From an uncultured delta proteobacterium (GTDB taxonomy: Bacteria > Myxococcota_A > Polyangia > Haliangiales > Haliangiaceae): a stretch of 64,000 bases of DNA. The notes beneath the pieces were generated by a model that saw nothing but the letters and a program-made list of their open reading frames with translations, made no database searches and was not told the origin of the DNA. The DNA lies in the NCBI GenBank assembly GCA_963743525.1, contig CAVUQH010000003.1:544001-608000 (forward strand), given 5' to 3'. A program made the position numbers and the translations under genes. The first letter of the stretch is position 1; each line of letters begins with the position of its first letter. Shown here in pieces: positions 9,217 through 20,583 of the stretch.

Positions 9217-11151
9217 ATGATCCACCCCATCCCCACCCGCTTCCTCGCGCTGGTGCTGGCGCTGGCCGCTTGCGGCACGCCGGCGCCCACCGGCGACGTG
9301 TGCAAACCGGGCGCGCAGCGCTGTCAGGAGAACACGTACCAGGAATGCGCCGACGACGGCGCCAGCTGGGTGACCCGCGCCGACTGCAGCGGCACCGATC
9401 AGGTGTGCGTGGTCGGCGAGGGCTGCCTGGCGTGCCAGCCGGACATCCGCACCTGCGGCGACGACGGCTTGCAGATCCTCCGCTGCGCTCCCGACGGCAG
9501 CCACTACGATCCGATCGCCACCTGCGACCCGGCCAACGACGAGCTCTGCTACGGCGGCTCGTGCCTCAACGCCTGCCAGCTGGCCGCCGACTCGCGCAGC
9601 TACGAGGGCTGCGAGTATTACGCGGTCAACCTCGACAACGCGGTCATCGCCGACCAGGGCACGGCGGCGGCGCAGCAGTTCTCGGTGGTGCTGTCCAACG
9701 CCAGCAAGCTGACCGCCCGCGTGCAGGTCGAGATCTGGTGCAACGCCGACGACGCCGCCAACCCGGTGTTCGGCTGCACCGAGGGCCAGCCGTGGGTGGT
9801 CGACGAGTTCCAGCTGGCGCCCGGTGGGCTGAAGATCGTCGACCTCGACCCGCGCGAGGTCAACGGCACCAGCTCGCCCGAGCTCAACGACGGCCCGGGA
9901 ACGTTCCGCTCCAAGCACGCCTTCCACATCGTCTCCAGCGCGCCGCTGATCGCCTACCAGTTCAACCCGCTCGACAACGTCAACGTCTTCTCCAACGACG
10001 CGTCGCTGCTGCTTCCCACCGACGCGCTGGCCGATCGCTACATGGTGCTCAGCTGGCCGCAGACCCTGGCCACCACCGACGACGGCATGACCAACGCCGG
10101 CATCGACCTGCGCGCGTTCCTGACCATCGTCGGCACCGCCGCCGACACCTTCGTCACCGTGCGGCTGTCAACCCGCATCCTCGGCGGCGCCGACATCCCC
10201 GAGGCGCAGGCCGGCGACACCATCACCTTCGACCTGCAGCCGTTCGAGGTGGTCAACCTCGAGACCGACGACTTCAACGCCGACTTCACCGGCACCACGG
10301 TGCAGTCCGACGACGTCACCAAGCCGGTGGCGGTGTTCACCGGCAGCGAGGCATCCGACGTGCCGCGGTTCGACTCGTTCCTCGAGCGCAGCTGCTGCGC
10401 CGACCACATGGAGCAGCAGCTGTTCCCCGAGGTCGAGCTGGGTACTCAGTTCGTGGCGGTCAAGACCCCGCTGCGGTCCAAGTACGTCGAGGCCGGCGGC
10501 TGGGACGTGGCGGTGGTGCCCGACGAGCCCGAGTACTGGCGCATCGTCGCCACCCGCGAGGACACCTCGGTCGTCACCAACCTGCCGGCGCCCAACGACC
10601 AGTTCCTGCTCCAGCGCGGGCAGTCGGTGATCTTCGACAGCGAGCGAGACTTCGTCGTGTCGTCAACCGGGCCGATCGCGTTCGGCCAGTTCCCGGTCGG
10701 CCAGCAGGCCACCGGCATCCCGTTGACGCTGCAGGGCGGCGTCCGCCCGCCCGGCGGCGACCCGTCGTTCATCCTGGTGCCGCCGGTCCAGCAGTGGCGC
10801 TCGGACTACCTGTTCCTGGTGCCCAACAAGTACGCCTTCGACTTCCTGCTCCTGGCGGTGCCGGTCGGCACCACGCTGTTCTACGACGGGCTGCTGCTGG
10901 AGACGGTGCTCGACTGCGAGTACGAGCCGATCGGCACGCTCACCGACGGCAGCAACACCACCGAGTACGAGGCGATCCGCTGCCCGCTGTCGGCGCCGAC
11001 GCCGGCCGGCCCGGGGTTGCAGGACGACGGCGTGCACACCCTGACCAGCGCCGGCGGCCAGCCGTTCGGGCTGGTGGTGTGGGGCTGGGACAGCTACGTC
11101 TCGTACGGCTACCCGGGCGGCAGCAACGTCGCGCTGATCAACGTCAATTGA
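9217..11151 (+). CDS. IgGFc-binding-domain lipoprotein
   Basis: LAAC lipobox; YQFNPLDN, SNDASLLLP, DHMEQQLFP, GDPS, SYGYPGG motifs. Confidence 0.85.
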   Translation: MIHPIPTRFLALVLALAACGTPAPTGDVCKPGAQRCQENTYQECADDGASWVTRADCSGTDQVCVVGEGCLACQPDIRTCGDDGLQILRCAPDGSHYDPIATCDPANDELCYGGSCLNACQLAADSRSYEGCEYYAVNLDNAVIADQGTAAAQQFSVVLSNASKLTARVQVEIWCNADDAANPVFGCTEGQPWVVDEFQLAPGGLKIVDLDPREVNGTSSPELNDGPGTFRSKHAFHIVSSAPLIAYQFNPLDNVNVFSNDASLLLPTDALADRYMVLSWPQTLATTDDGMTNAGIDLRAFLTIVGTAADTFVTVRLSTRILGGADIPEAQAGDTITFDLQPFEVVNLETDDFNADFTGTTVQSDDVTKPVAVFTGSEASDVPRFDSFLERSCCADHMEQQLFPEVELGTQFVAVKTPLRSKYVEAGGWDVAVVPDEPEYWRIVATREDTSVVTNLPAPNDQFLLQRGQSVIFDSERDFVVSSTGPIAFGQFPVGQQATGIPLTLQGGVRPPGGDPSFILVPPVQQWRSDYLFLVPNKYAFDFLLLAVPVGTTLFYDGLLLETVLDCEYEPIGTLTDGSNTTEYEAIRCPLSAPTPAGPGLQDDGVHTLTSAGGQPFGLVVWGWDSYVSYGYPGGSNVALINVN

Positions 11152-11215
11152 CCGACATCGACTGAATCGTTTTGCCGCGCCGCGCGTTGGTAGGGCAGGC
11201 AGGAGGATTCGAGTC

Positions 11216-11422
11216 GTGGAATTGCGCGCATTCGCGGTCTGTCGCCGCTGTTACGAAGCCCATCCGGCGTCGCTCGATTGTCCCTATTGCGCCGGCATCT
11301 GGCCGCGCGACGGCGAGCTCGGCGGGCAGACGCTGCCGGGCCCCGGCGCCACTCCCGTCCGGAGCAGCCGCGTCGCCGAGGGCGCGGGCAACCGGGCTGT
11401 TCCTTTGTCCTCGCGCCGTTAG
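11216..11422 (+). CDS. Small CxxC...CxxC (zinc-ribbon-like) protein
   Basis: CRRC-x9-CPYC; AGGAGG upstream of the GTG. Confidence 0.45.
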   Translation: MELRAFAVCRRCYEAHPASLDCPYCAGIWPRDGELGGQTLPGPGATPVRSSRVAEGAGNRAVPLSSRR

Positions 11423-11720
11423 CGACCGCCGTCCGGGAGCTCCCCGACGGGGGCTTGGTGGGCAGTTGCCCGGTTTACTCCCACCGACAGGGTGCCGAGG
11501 TGGGTGTGTTCTCGGTACTGACGGCTACATGTGCGCGACGCAGGGCGCCGACTTGATTGAACGGCCTGAACGTACCGGGGAATACCGTCATGGAAACCGG
11601 TGTGCCTGTCGGAACGACAAGTACATCGGGTGTCGCCGCGCAGGCCACACCTGTTCGATCGCGCTGGCCCTCCGGACTCCCTCTTGCTTCGTCTGTCCGT
11701 GCCGCCGGGCAGGAGGAAGT

Positions 11721-13265
11721 ATGTCTCACCCGTTCTCTGGATCCGTCTTTTCGGCGATTGCGATCGCCGCCGCACTGGGCACGTCGGCGTGCGTGCTCGA
11801 GGCTTCCGGCCCCGAGCAGACGAACGACAACGGCACCGGAACGCTGGAATCGTGGAATAGCTCGACTCGTCACGGCTTCGAGGTCTGGTTCAACAACACC
11901 TACGGCGGCGAGAAGTTCTTCGCCTTCCTCGCGCAGAACCCCGACGAGTCCCATCGGAATCAGGTCGGCTTCGACGCGGTGGTCAACACCCCGCGCAACG
12001 TTCGCTTCGACACCTGGGGCGTGGTCAACGACCCGGGCTGCTACGCCGACCCCAACGGCGGGCCCGACATCTGCTCCGATCCCGAGAGCAGCGGCGTCAT
12101 CGGCATCCGCAAGAAGGTCCAGGCCGACGGCACCGTGCTCTACGGCGTCGCCTGCGCCGCCTGCCACGCCGGCTTCAGCCCGACGCTGCCGCCGCGGGAT
12201 CCCAACGATCCCAAGTGGTGGAACATCCATCCGACGATCGGCAACCAGTACCTCGACCTGGGCGCGATCTTCGCCGCCAACCTGGCGCCGACCGACCCGC
12301 GCGCGCTGATGTTCGCCGCCTGGCCCAAGGGCACCGTCGACACCACGCTGCTGTTCAGCGACGACATCATGAACCCGGGCGTCATCACCGCGTTCTGGGA
12401 TCACGCCGACCGGCCCACCTTCGACGTCGGCACCGGCACGCCCCAGCTGCGCAACGGCCAGGGCGGCGAGGACGACGTCGGCGGGCCGCTGGCGGCGACT
12501 CGCGTCTACACCAACATCGGCGTCTGCTTCGCCGAGTGCACGGCGCCGGCGGTGGCCACCGGCCAGCCGATCGACGTCAACGCCTGCCGGCAGAGCTGCC
12601 CCGACTTCCCGCCGCAGCGGGATCTCGACGATCTGGCCGAGTTCCTCGACTCGGTGCGGGCGCCCCGCTACCCCGGCTGGCGCGAGCGGGACAGCGCCGA
12701 GTACGACCGCGGCGCGCAGGTGTTCCACGACAACTGCGCCTCGTGCCACGACGACTCGAACAGCGCGCTGACCAACGACCAGGTCATCTCCCTGGCCGCC
12801 GACCCCAGCCAGAACACCAACATCTGCCGCTCGCTGACCAGCAACTGGGAGCGCGGCAAGCTGTGGGCCGACTTCTCGTCCGAGGTGTACAAGCTGCGCG
12901 TCGAGACCGGCGCGCGCGGCTACCGCGTCATGCCGCTCACCGGCATCTGGGCGACGGCGCCGTTCATGCACAACCAGTCGATCGGCAGCTGGGCGCCGGC
13001 CGACGCGTCGTACCAGGAGCGCGGCCAGGTCTACGAGCAGTCGATGCGCGAGCTCTTGAGCGCCGACCGCGTGCCCAAGATGAACGTGCTGCCGTTCGCG
13101 CTGGGGCCGTTCCCCGCCGGCACGCCGCTCACCTACGTGTTCAGCCGCGACGCCGCCGGCAACCTTCTGTGCGCCGACGCAGTCGAGAACCACGGACACT
13201 ACTACGGGTCGGATCTGTCGAACGACGACAAGGAAGCCCTGATCCACTGGCTCAAGTTCCAGTAG
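11721..13265 (+). CDS. Exported di-haem c-type cytochrome (RoxA/CcpA-like C-terminal motif)
   Basis: AGGAGG RBS; CAACH and CASCH; PLTGIWATAPFMHNQS and NHGH...LSNDDKEALIHWLK. Confidence 0.8.
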   Translation: MSHPFSGSVFSAIAIAAALGTSACVLEASGPEQTNDNGTGTLESWNSSTRHGFEVWFNNTYGGEKFFAFLAQNPDESHRNQVGFDAVVNTPRNVRFDTWGVVNDPGCYADPNGGPDICSDPESSGVIGIRKKVQADGTVLYGVACAACHAGFSPTLPPRDPNDPKWWNIHPTIGNQYLDLGAIFAANLAPTDPRALMFAAWPKGTVDTTLLFSDDIMNPGVITAFWDHADRPTFDVGTGTPQLRNGQGGEDDVGGPLAATRVYTNIGVCFAECTAPAVATGQPIDVNACRQSCPDFPPQRDLDDLAEFLDSVRAPRYPGWRERDSAEYDRGAQVFHDNCASCHDDSNSALTNDQVISLAADPSQNTNICRSLTSNWERGKLWADFSSEVYKLRVETGARGYRVMPLTGIWATAPFMHNQSIGSWAPADASYQERGQVYEQSMRELLSADRVPKMNVLPFALGPFPAGTPLTYVFSRDAAGNLLCADAVENHGHYYGSDLSNDDKEALIHWLKFQ

Positions 13266-13348
13266 CGCTCTCCTCCTGCAAGAGAACCTGCGTCGCCGCG
13301 GGTCGCGTGGTCATGGCCGCGCGGCCCGCGGCGCGTTAGTCTGGGCCC

Positions 13349-13858
13349 ATGGAGATCAGGCGCGCCCGCAGGAACGACCTCGACGGACTACTCGAGCTCC
13401 ACCGCGCCCTGGACGCGCACGTCTCCGCGGTCAACGAGCGGCTGTGGCGCGCGCCAGCGGTCGGCGTCGCCTACTACGCCGAGCGCCTCGCCGACGAAGA
13501 CCACCGCCTCGTCGTCGCCACCGACGGCGATCGACTGAGCGGCTACGCCGTCGGCCGGGTCGGCGTTCGCCCGGCGCCGCCGGTGCTGGTCGGCTCGATC
13601 GATCACGCCTACGTCGTCCCCGACTGCCGCTGTCGCGGCGTCGGCCACGCGCTCATTCGCGAGCTGATGTCGTTCTTCGACCGCCGCGGCGTCCTCGACC
13701 TGACCCTCCACGTCGCCGCCGGCAACCGCGAGGGCGAGCGCTTCTGGTACAGCCTCGGCTTCGAGCCGATGCTGATCAACGCCAACGCCACCCCCGGCAC
13801 GGTCCGCCGCGCCCTCGACGCGGCTCGATCGTCGCGCGCGCCCGTCGCCGAGGTGTGA
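13349..13858 (+). CDS. GNAT acetyltransferase
   Basis: YVVPDCRCRGVGHAL and N...FWYSLGF motifs. Confidence 0.85.
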   Translation: MEIRRARRNDLDGLLELHRALDAHVSAVNERLWRAPAVGVAYYAERLADEDHRLVVATDGDRLSGYAVGRVGVRPAPPVLVGSIDHAYVVPDCRCRGVGHALIRELMSFFDRRGVLDLTLHVAAGNREGERFWYSLGFEPMLINANATPGTVRRALDAARSSRAPVAEV

Positions 13859-13861
13859 GCG

Positions 13862-14038
13862 CTAGCGTTCGCGGCGGGCGCGGACGTAGCCACCCAGGGC
13901 GCTGGCGCCGATCAGGGCGAGGATGGTGACGCCCACCGTGTCGCCGCCGGTGATGCCCAGGACGATCGCGGCGCCGATCAGGCCGATGCCGACGATCAGG
14001 GCCAGCCACTGGCCGAGGTTGCTGTCGTCATCGCTCAT
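13862..14038 (-). CDS. 58-aa two-TM membrane protein (below ORF-track cutoff)
   Basis: Hand translation MSDDDSNLGQWLALIVGIGLIGAAIVLGITGGDTVGVTILALIGASALGGYVRARRER. Confidence 0.7.
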   Translation of the reverse strand: MSDDDSNLGQWLALIVGIGLIGAAIVLGITGGDTVGVTILALIGASALGGYVRARRER

Positions 14039-14059
14039 CGCGACGAGGAGAGCACGGGC

Positions 14060-14857
<798 letters not shown>

Positions 14858-14878
14858 GATCCGACTCCGGCGGAGCGG

Positions 14879-15835
14879 CTAGCTCGGGTTCGAGGTGCGG
14901 CGCAGGTGAGCGATGAGATCGGTGTGGACGCTCTTGACCGCGTTCTCGATCGCTTCGTGCTGCAGCTCGGGCAGGTACTTGGCGCGGAAGGTGGCGCGCG
15001 GCACCTGGACCTTGGCGCCACCGGTCAGGAACGACAGCATCTTGCCGCGCTCGTTGGAGATGGTGACGCGAATTTCGCACTCGATCTCGATCCACTTGCC
15101 GCGGGCGACACGATCGAGCTTGGTGATCGACAGGTCGATCGAGTTGTGCGCCAGGCCCAGGGACTGGGCTTCACCCTGGCTCAGGGTGACGTCGGACTGG
15201 GCGCGCAGCTCGCGCAGCATGAAGCCGCGCATCTGCTCGGCGCGCTGCTTGCGCAGCGCCTTGGTCGCGCGGTTGTGCGACTCGTCGGCGGTCGAGTGCA
15301 TGGCGATGAACAGCGTCGGCTCCGGGCCGATGCGCTTGGGGTCGTTGCCAAAGCCAGCGTGGCGGGTGCTGCGCGTCGCCCGGCGCGTGTCGCGGCGCGC
15401 AGTGCGCGTATTGGTACGGCTGCCCGCGTTGCGAATGCTGGCGACCGCTTCGACCGCGCGCTTGCGCACCAGCGCGTCGTGATCGCGGGTAGCGCGCTGC
15501 AGCGCCGGCAGCGCGGCGTCGTTGCCGAGGTAGCCGAGGGCGGTGGCGGCGACGGCGCGCACCACGCGGTTGTCGTCGTCGAGCGCGTGGACCAGCGGCT
15601 TGAGCGCGCGCGGATCCTTGAGCCGGCCGAGCGACACCGCCGCGGAGATGCGCGTCTTGGCATCCTTGGAATGGATCAGCGTGCGCGCCAGCGTGTGTAC
15701 GCGATCGGCGTGGGCGGACCCGGCGGCCAGAATCAGCGCGACGAAGAAGGCCAGCGCGATGGCGACGCGGCGTGCAAGACGATCGTCGGTATGAGAGAGA
15801 GTCGTTACTTGCACGTTGCTGCGCCCGGGCTCCAT
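14879..15835 (-). CDS. Secreted HEAT-repeat protein
   Basis: Signal peptide ending AHA; RISAAVSLG and VRAVAATALG repeats. Confidence 0.8.
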   Translation of the reverse strand: MEPGRSNVQVTTLSHTDDRLARRVAIALAFFVALILAAGSAHADRVHTLARTLIHSKDAKTRISAAVSLGRLKDPRALKPLVHALDDDNRVVRAVAATALGYLGNDAALPALQRATRDHDALVRKRAVEAVASIRNAGSRTNTRTARRDTRRATRSTRHAGFGNDPKRIGPEPTLFIAMHSTADESHNRATKALRKQRAEQMRGFMLRELRAQSDVTLSQGEAQSLGLAHNSIDLSITKLDRVARGKWIEIECEIRVTISNERGKMLSFLTGGAKVQVPRATFRAKYLPELQHEAIENAVKSVHTDLIAHLRRTSNPS

Positions 15836-16007
15836 TACGATTAAGACAGCTCGCGATGTAGTTCGTCAATCTTTCGCACGATCGCCGCTGCTAACGATCC
15901 ACGCTTCGCGCACTTGCCGCCTTTTGCGGTACGCTAGTCTCCGATTTCCGGAGGGGTGTGGGCTGCAGACCTACTCGGTCTGACACGTCCGGAGTTACGA
16001 ACTCGCG

Positions 16008-16883
16008 ATGACCACGAAACCATCGAGCTCGGACAACGCGATTGCTGCCGGAGGCGCTGCGCTGGCGTTGCTCGTCGGCGTGTTGCTCTTCTACCTTCGC
16101 TTCTGCGGCTCGGTGGCGGTTCCCGCGCGTCCGCCCGAGCGGCCGTTGATGGCCGTTGACACCGAGCAGGCGACCGCGTCACTCGATGCCAATCGCGAGG
16201 TGTTTCGCCAGCGCATCGACTCGGACGCGCAGCGCTATCGCGTGTCGCCAGCGCCGGCGCTCGCCGATCTCGAGCAGTCGATGCCATTCCACGAGGCGAC
16301 GCGGCGGATCGAGCTGAGCCCGGGCAAAGGTGGCCCCGTCGAGGTCGCCGGTCTGCGATTGCAGGCGATCCATCAGGGCCACGTACTGGCGCTGAAGATC
16401 GAGAATCTGGGCGACCACCCGGTCGCCTATCGCGTTGACACCCGTCCGGCGCTCGGTCACCGCGCCTGCCGGCACAAGGAGACGCTGCCGTTCAACGCCA
16501 TGGCCCTGCGCGAGAAGGGCAACCCGGCGGCCGTCGCGGTGCGCAGCGAGTGCGTCTACAAGCGCGGCAAAGGGCTCGTGATCACGCGGGTCGAGACGGT
16601 TCAGCTGCCGATGTTGTCGTACTACTACGTCAGCCGTTTGGAACCGTCGAGCGTCGGGCTCAGCGACGACGCGGTCCGCGGCCATCGTCCCCCGGAGGGG
16701 CCAGCCTGTCAGCGCAGCCTGTCCGTGGCCCAGGAGGCCCAGATGCGCGGCGGGCAGACGACCTGGCGAGATCTGATCGATTTCTACGCTCGCCACTCCT
16801 GCGAGGCGTATCGGTTCCCCAATGATTACAAAGCAGTAGCTCCTGGGAAGACGATCGAGTTGCCCGCGGTCCAGCCGGAGTAG
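16008..16883 (+). CDS. Hypothetical membrane-anchored protein
   Basis: N-terminal TM; ORF fills the gap between genes. Confidence 0.7.
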   Translation: MTTKPSSSDNAIAAGGAALALLVGVLLFYLRFCGSVAVPARPPERPLMAVDTEQATASLDANREVFRQRIDSDAQRYRVSPAPALADLEQSMPFHEATRRIELSPGKGGPVEVAGLRLQAIHQGHVLALKIENLGDHPVAYRVDTRPALGHRACRHKETLPFNAMALREKGNPAAVAVRSECVYKRGKGLVITRVETVQLPMLSYYYVSRLEPSSVGLSDDAVRGHRPPEGPACQRSLSVAQEAQMRGGQTTWRDLIDFYARHSCEAYRFPNDYKAVAPGKTIELPAVQPE

Positions 16884-17009
16884 GCAGCGCTCCTGCAGGG
16901 AAAGAGGAAGCGATATCAAGCGTTTGGCACTTGCATCGCGCCGAGCGGCTCTTGTAGAGTTTCCAGAACGTTACGGACTTTCGTCCGCCAGACCCCATTG
17001 CGTAGCATC

Positions 17010-17345
<336 letters not shown>

Positions 17346-17356
17346 TCGAGCCCGAG

Positions 17357-19255
17357 TCAGTTTCCGCAGACGACGAGCCCCGCGCCCCCGTCGACCAGGA
17401 TAGGTGCGCCCGGCGTCAGCCCGTCGGCGACGCCGCGGGCGCCGACCACGCACGGGATGCCGAGCTCGCGGGCCAGCGCCGCTGCGTGACCCAGGGCGCC
17501 CCCGTGCTCACACACCAGCGCGACGGCGCCGCCCAGCAACACCGCCGACGCCGGGCTGACCGCGCGCGCCACGGCGACCGCGCCGGCCGGGACCGCGGTG
17601 CGCGCCCCCGGCATCAGTGGGAAGGCCGGCCCGCGGGCGCGCCCGCCGCTGCCGCGGCCGCGAAAGACCCCGGTCGCGGGCGGCTCGTCATCGGCGGCGC
17701 CGTCGCGGATCACCAGCGGCATGCGATAGGTCACCTGCACCGCGCGGCGCGCTCGCGCCGTGCGAGCGGCGGCGGTGATGGCGTCGGCTGGCAGCCGCGC
17801 GGCGTCGTCGAGGGAGACGTAGAAGATGTCGTCGACCCGGGCCAGGCCGACGGCGCGCGCCCGGGCCAACAGCGCGCGGCGGACCAGCGCCTGGGCGCGG
17901 GCGTAGTAGAGATCGTCCTCCTCACCGATGGCCACCGCCGCGGCGGCAGCATCGTCGTCGACCGCGGCGAGGTCACCCTCCGCACGGAGGCGGCGCGCGG
18001 CGACGGCGGCGTCGACCAGCGCCGGTGACTCGGCGTAGGTCGGCGCCGCCAGATCCCACTCCGGGGCCATGGCGCCGACGTGCCGCAGCAGCTGGTCGCG
18101 ATCGATCTCGCCGCGGGCCGCGCGGTCGAGCCAGGCGCCGACACCGCGACTGATGCGCGCCGGAAGCGCGGCTCCGGGATGGGCGCGACGTGCGGCCGCG
18201 AGCAGCGGCGCCAGCTCGCGGGCGTAGATGCGATAGACCTCGTCGTGGGCGGCCAGAGCGGCCTCGAGCGGCGGCGCCGGCTCGGCTTCGAGTGCCGCCA
18301 TCGCCGCGTCCATGCGCGCGGCCAGCCGTTCGAACTCGCGCCACAGCGCGGGTGCGTTCAGCGCTGGCGCGTCGTCCGGCGGCGTCTGTTGGTAGTACAG
18401 GTAGCCGGCGATCACCCGCATGCGCGCCGGCGCCAGTCCGGCGGCGTCGACGCGCGCGACCAGCGACGCGTGTGCCGGCGACAGCGGATCCGGGTTGTGG
18501 CTGGCGTCCCAGCGCCAGACACCGGCGGGGGCGTCGACCAGCGCGCTCGGTGGCAGCGGCCGGCGCCGCGCGTCGGCCGGGGGATGAACGATCGGCCGCG
18601 CTTGCACGAGCACGAACCGCTCGCCGGTCCAGACCCACTCGACGTCGGCGCCGGAGTCGGCACCGATGGCGAGCTCGGCGTCGATCGCAAGCGCCACCAG
18701 CGCCCGAAGGTCGTCCGCTGCCAGCGGCAGCGCCGGGTCGACGTCGATCGGCTCGCCGGCGCGACTGGTCTCGGCGGCGCGCGCGCCGGGTGCGCACTCC
18801 ACTCGCGCGCGGTCGCCATCGGGCTCGCCGGGCAAGCGGGTGTAGACCACGCCGCGCACGCCGGCGAGCTGCTCTTGCACCAGCACCGCCATCTCGCCGA
18901 GCGCCCGCCCGCGCATGCGCGCATAGGCCCGCGCCGCGTCGCTGTCGGTCGAGGCCCACACCGCGCGCACCGCCGCGGCCACCTCGCTGGCCGGGACATC
19001 GCGCACCGAGGTGTAGATTCCGGGTGCCGCCGCGCCGGCGCTGTCTTCGCCGGCCGCTGACGAGCGCACCACCAGCGGCTCGGTCAACGTCGCCGCCGCA
19101 GTCACCGCGGCGCTGGTATCGCCGGCCGCCCGGGCCCGCGAAAGCAGAACGAAACCGCGAGGAACCGGCAGACCCGCCGCGGCCAGCGCGACCAGGTTGG
19201 CGGCCTTGCCACCGATCTCGGTGCGCGGGCGCGGGACTCGCACCAGCTCCGACAT
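17357..19255 (-). CDS. PEP-synthase-like protein (ATP-grasp plus phospho-His swivel domain)
   Basis: IGGKAANL, VRSSAAGED, VQARPI, GGALGHAAALARELGIPCVVG. Confidence 0.8.
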   Translation of the reverse strand: MSELVRVPRPRTEIGGKAANLVALAAAGLPVPRGFVLLSRARAAGDTSAAVTAAATLTEPLVVRSSAAGEDSAGAAAPGIYTSVRDVPASEVAAAVRAVWASTDSDAARAYARMRGRALGEMAVLVQEQLAGVRGVVYTRLPGEPDGDRARVECAPGARAAETSRAGEPIDVDPALPLAADDLRALVALAIDAELAIGADSGADVEWVWTGERFVLVQARPIVHPPADARRRPLPPSALVDAPAGVWRWDASHNPDPLSPAHASLVARVDAAGLAPARMRVIAGYLYYQQTPPDDAPALNAPALWREFERLAARMDAAMAALEAEPAPPLEAALAAHDEVYRIYARELAPLLAAARRAHPGAALPARISRGVGAWLDRAARGEIDRDQLLRHVGAMAPEWDLAAPTYAESPALVDAAVAARRLRAEGDLAAVDDDAAAAAVAIGEEDDLYYARAQALVRRALLARARAVGLARVDDIFYVSLDDAARLPADAITAAARTARARRAVQVTYRMPLVIRDGAADDEPPATGVFRGRGSGGRARGPAFPLMPGARTAVPAGAVAVARAVSPASAVLLGGAVALVCEHGGALGHAAALARELGIPCVVGARGVADGLTPGAPILVDGGAGLVVCGN

Positions 19256-19304
19256 CGAGACGACGATTTCGCGCTCCACCATCCCCTTGATACAATATCT
19301 ACTC

Positions 19305-20099
19305 GTGGCTCGCCCGCTCGTCGTCGTATCCGTGGCCGTGGCGGCCGTGTTCGCCGTGGCCAGCCAGCCCGCCCGGGCCGATCGGGTGCGCCCGGCGGAG
19401 ACGGTCAAGAGCCGCGCGGTCAGCGCCTTCCACCCGGACCTGAAAGAGGTGTCCAAGCTGACCAAGGAGGCGCTGCTGGTCTCGGACAGGCACGGCTCGA
19501 TGGGCAAGAACAAGCTGGTCGGCGGCTACCCACTGGCCGACGACAAGGGCTTCGCCCTGCGCTTCTACTGGTTGGCGATGCAGGACCGCCACGACGACGA
19601 CTACGACGACGATCAGGTCAACGTCTACACCGAGGACGGCTTCTACCTGGGCACCTTCGCCGACAGCTTCGTGCACGCGCTGCGGCTCGAGGGCTCGGGC
19701 CTGCTCAACGACGGCCGCGTGATCAACTACGCCGGTCGCTGTCGCTACGGCATCGGCACCTGCTTCCACCAGCTCGACAAGCGGACCCACCCATTCGGTC
19801 GCGGCGCCGGTCGGCGCGCGCTGATCCCGTTCAAGTCGGTCGCCATCGACCCGCGGGTGGTGCCGATCGGCGAGCCGCTGTACATCCCCGAGCTCGACGG
19901 ACTGCGCATGCCCGACGGGACCATCCACGACGGCTGCGTGCGCGCCGACGATACCGGCGGCGGCATCAAGAAGCACAAGATGGACTTCTTCGTGGTCTCG
20001 TACGGCAACTTCCGCTACTTGCTCAGCGAGATGACCGACGCCGGCTGGATCACCCCGTACATCGAAGATCCGCGCTGCGACTACCTGCGCCAGCGCTGA
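19305..20099 (+). CDS. 3D-domain (MltA-like) cell-wall protein
   Basis: Signal peptide; SVAIDPRVVPIG and ADDTGGGIK..MDFF. Confidence 0.85.
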   Translation: MARPLVVVSVAVAAVFAVASQPARADRVRPAETVKSRAVSAFHPDLKEVSKLTKEALLVSDRHGSMGKNKLVGGYPLADDKGFALRFYWLAMQDRHDDDYDDDQVNVYTEDGFYLGTFADSFVHALRLEGSGLLNDGRVINYAGRCRYGIGTCFHQLDKRTHPFGRGAGRRALIPFKSVAIDPRVVPIGEPLYIPELDGLRMPDGTIHDGCVRADDTGGGIKKHKMDFFVVSYGNFRYLLSEMTDAGWITPYIEDPRCDYLRQR

Positions 20100-20133
20100 A
20101 CCGGCGCGGCGCCAACTGTGCTAGAAACGCGCC

Positions 20134-20583
20134 GTGCGCGCGCTGTTCCTCAACCAGACCGTTGACGCCGTCGAAGCGGCGCTCGCCGGTGCCGGCACCA
20201 GCGGTCGAATCGCGGTCATCGACTGGCCCAGGCTGAGCGCGCGCCTGGCCGAGCGCGGGCGCGAGGTGCTGACCATCGCCGGCAAGCCGCGGTCGCTGCG
20301 GCGCGCGACCGGCGAGCGGTTGTACGGCGACATCGCCCGGCTGCCGCTGACCGACGGCGCCCTGGGGGCCGTGGTCGCTCCGGGCGTGGGCGAGCGCGAC
20401 GACTGGGAAGCGGTCATGGGCGAGCTGTCGCGCGCGCTGGGCGACGGCGGCGCGCTGGTCATGGTCGACCGCGCACCCGCCACCGAGCTGACCCGCCGCG
20501 CGCTGTGCGGCGGTCTGGTCGAGGTCGAGCAGCGAGTCGCCGGCCGCACCGTCGTCACCAGCGGCCGCGTCATGGCCCTCTAA
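20134..20583 (+). CDS. Degenerate methyltransferase-like protein
   Basis: GDIARLPLTDG...ELSRALGDGG resembles the C-terminal half of class I methyltransferases. Confidence 0.55.
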   Translation: MRALFLNQTVDAVEAALAGAGTSGRIAVIDWPRLSARLAERGREVLTIAGKPRSLRRATGERLYGDIARLPLTDGALGAVVAPGVGERDDWEAVMGELSRALGDGGALVMVDRAPATELTRRALCGGLVEVEQRVAGRTVVTSGRVMAL

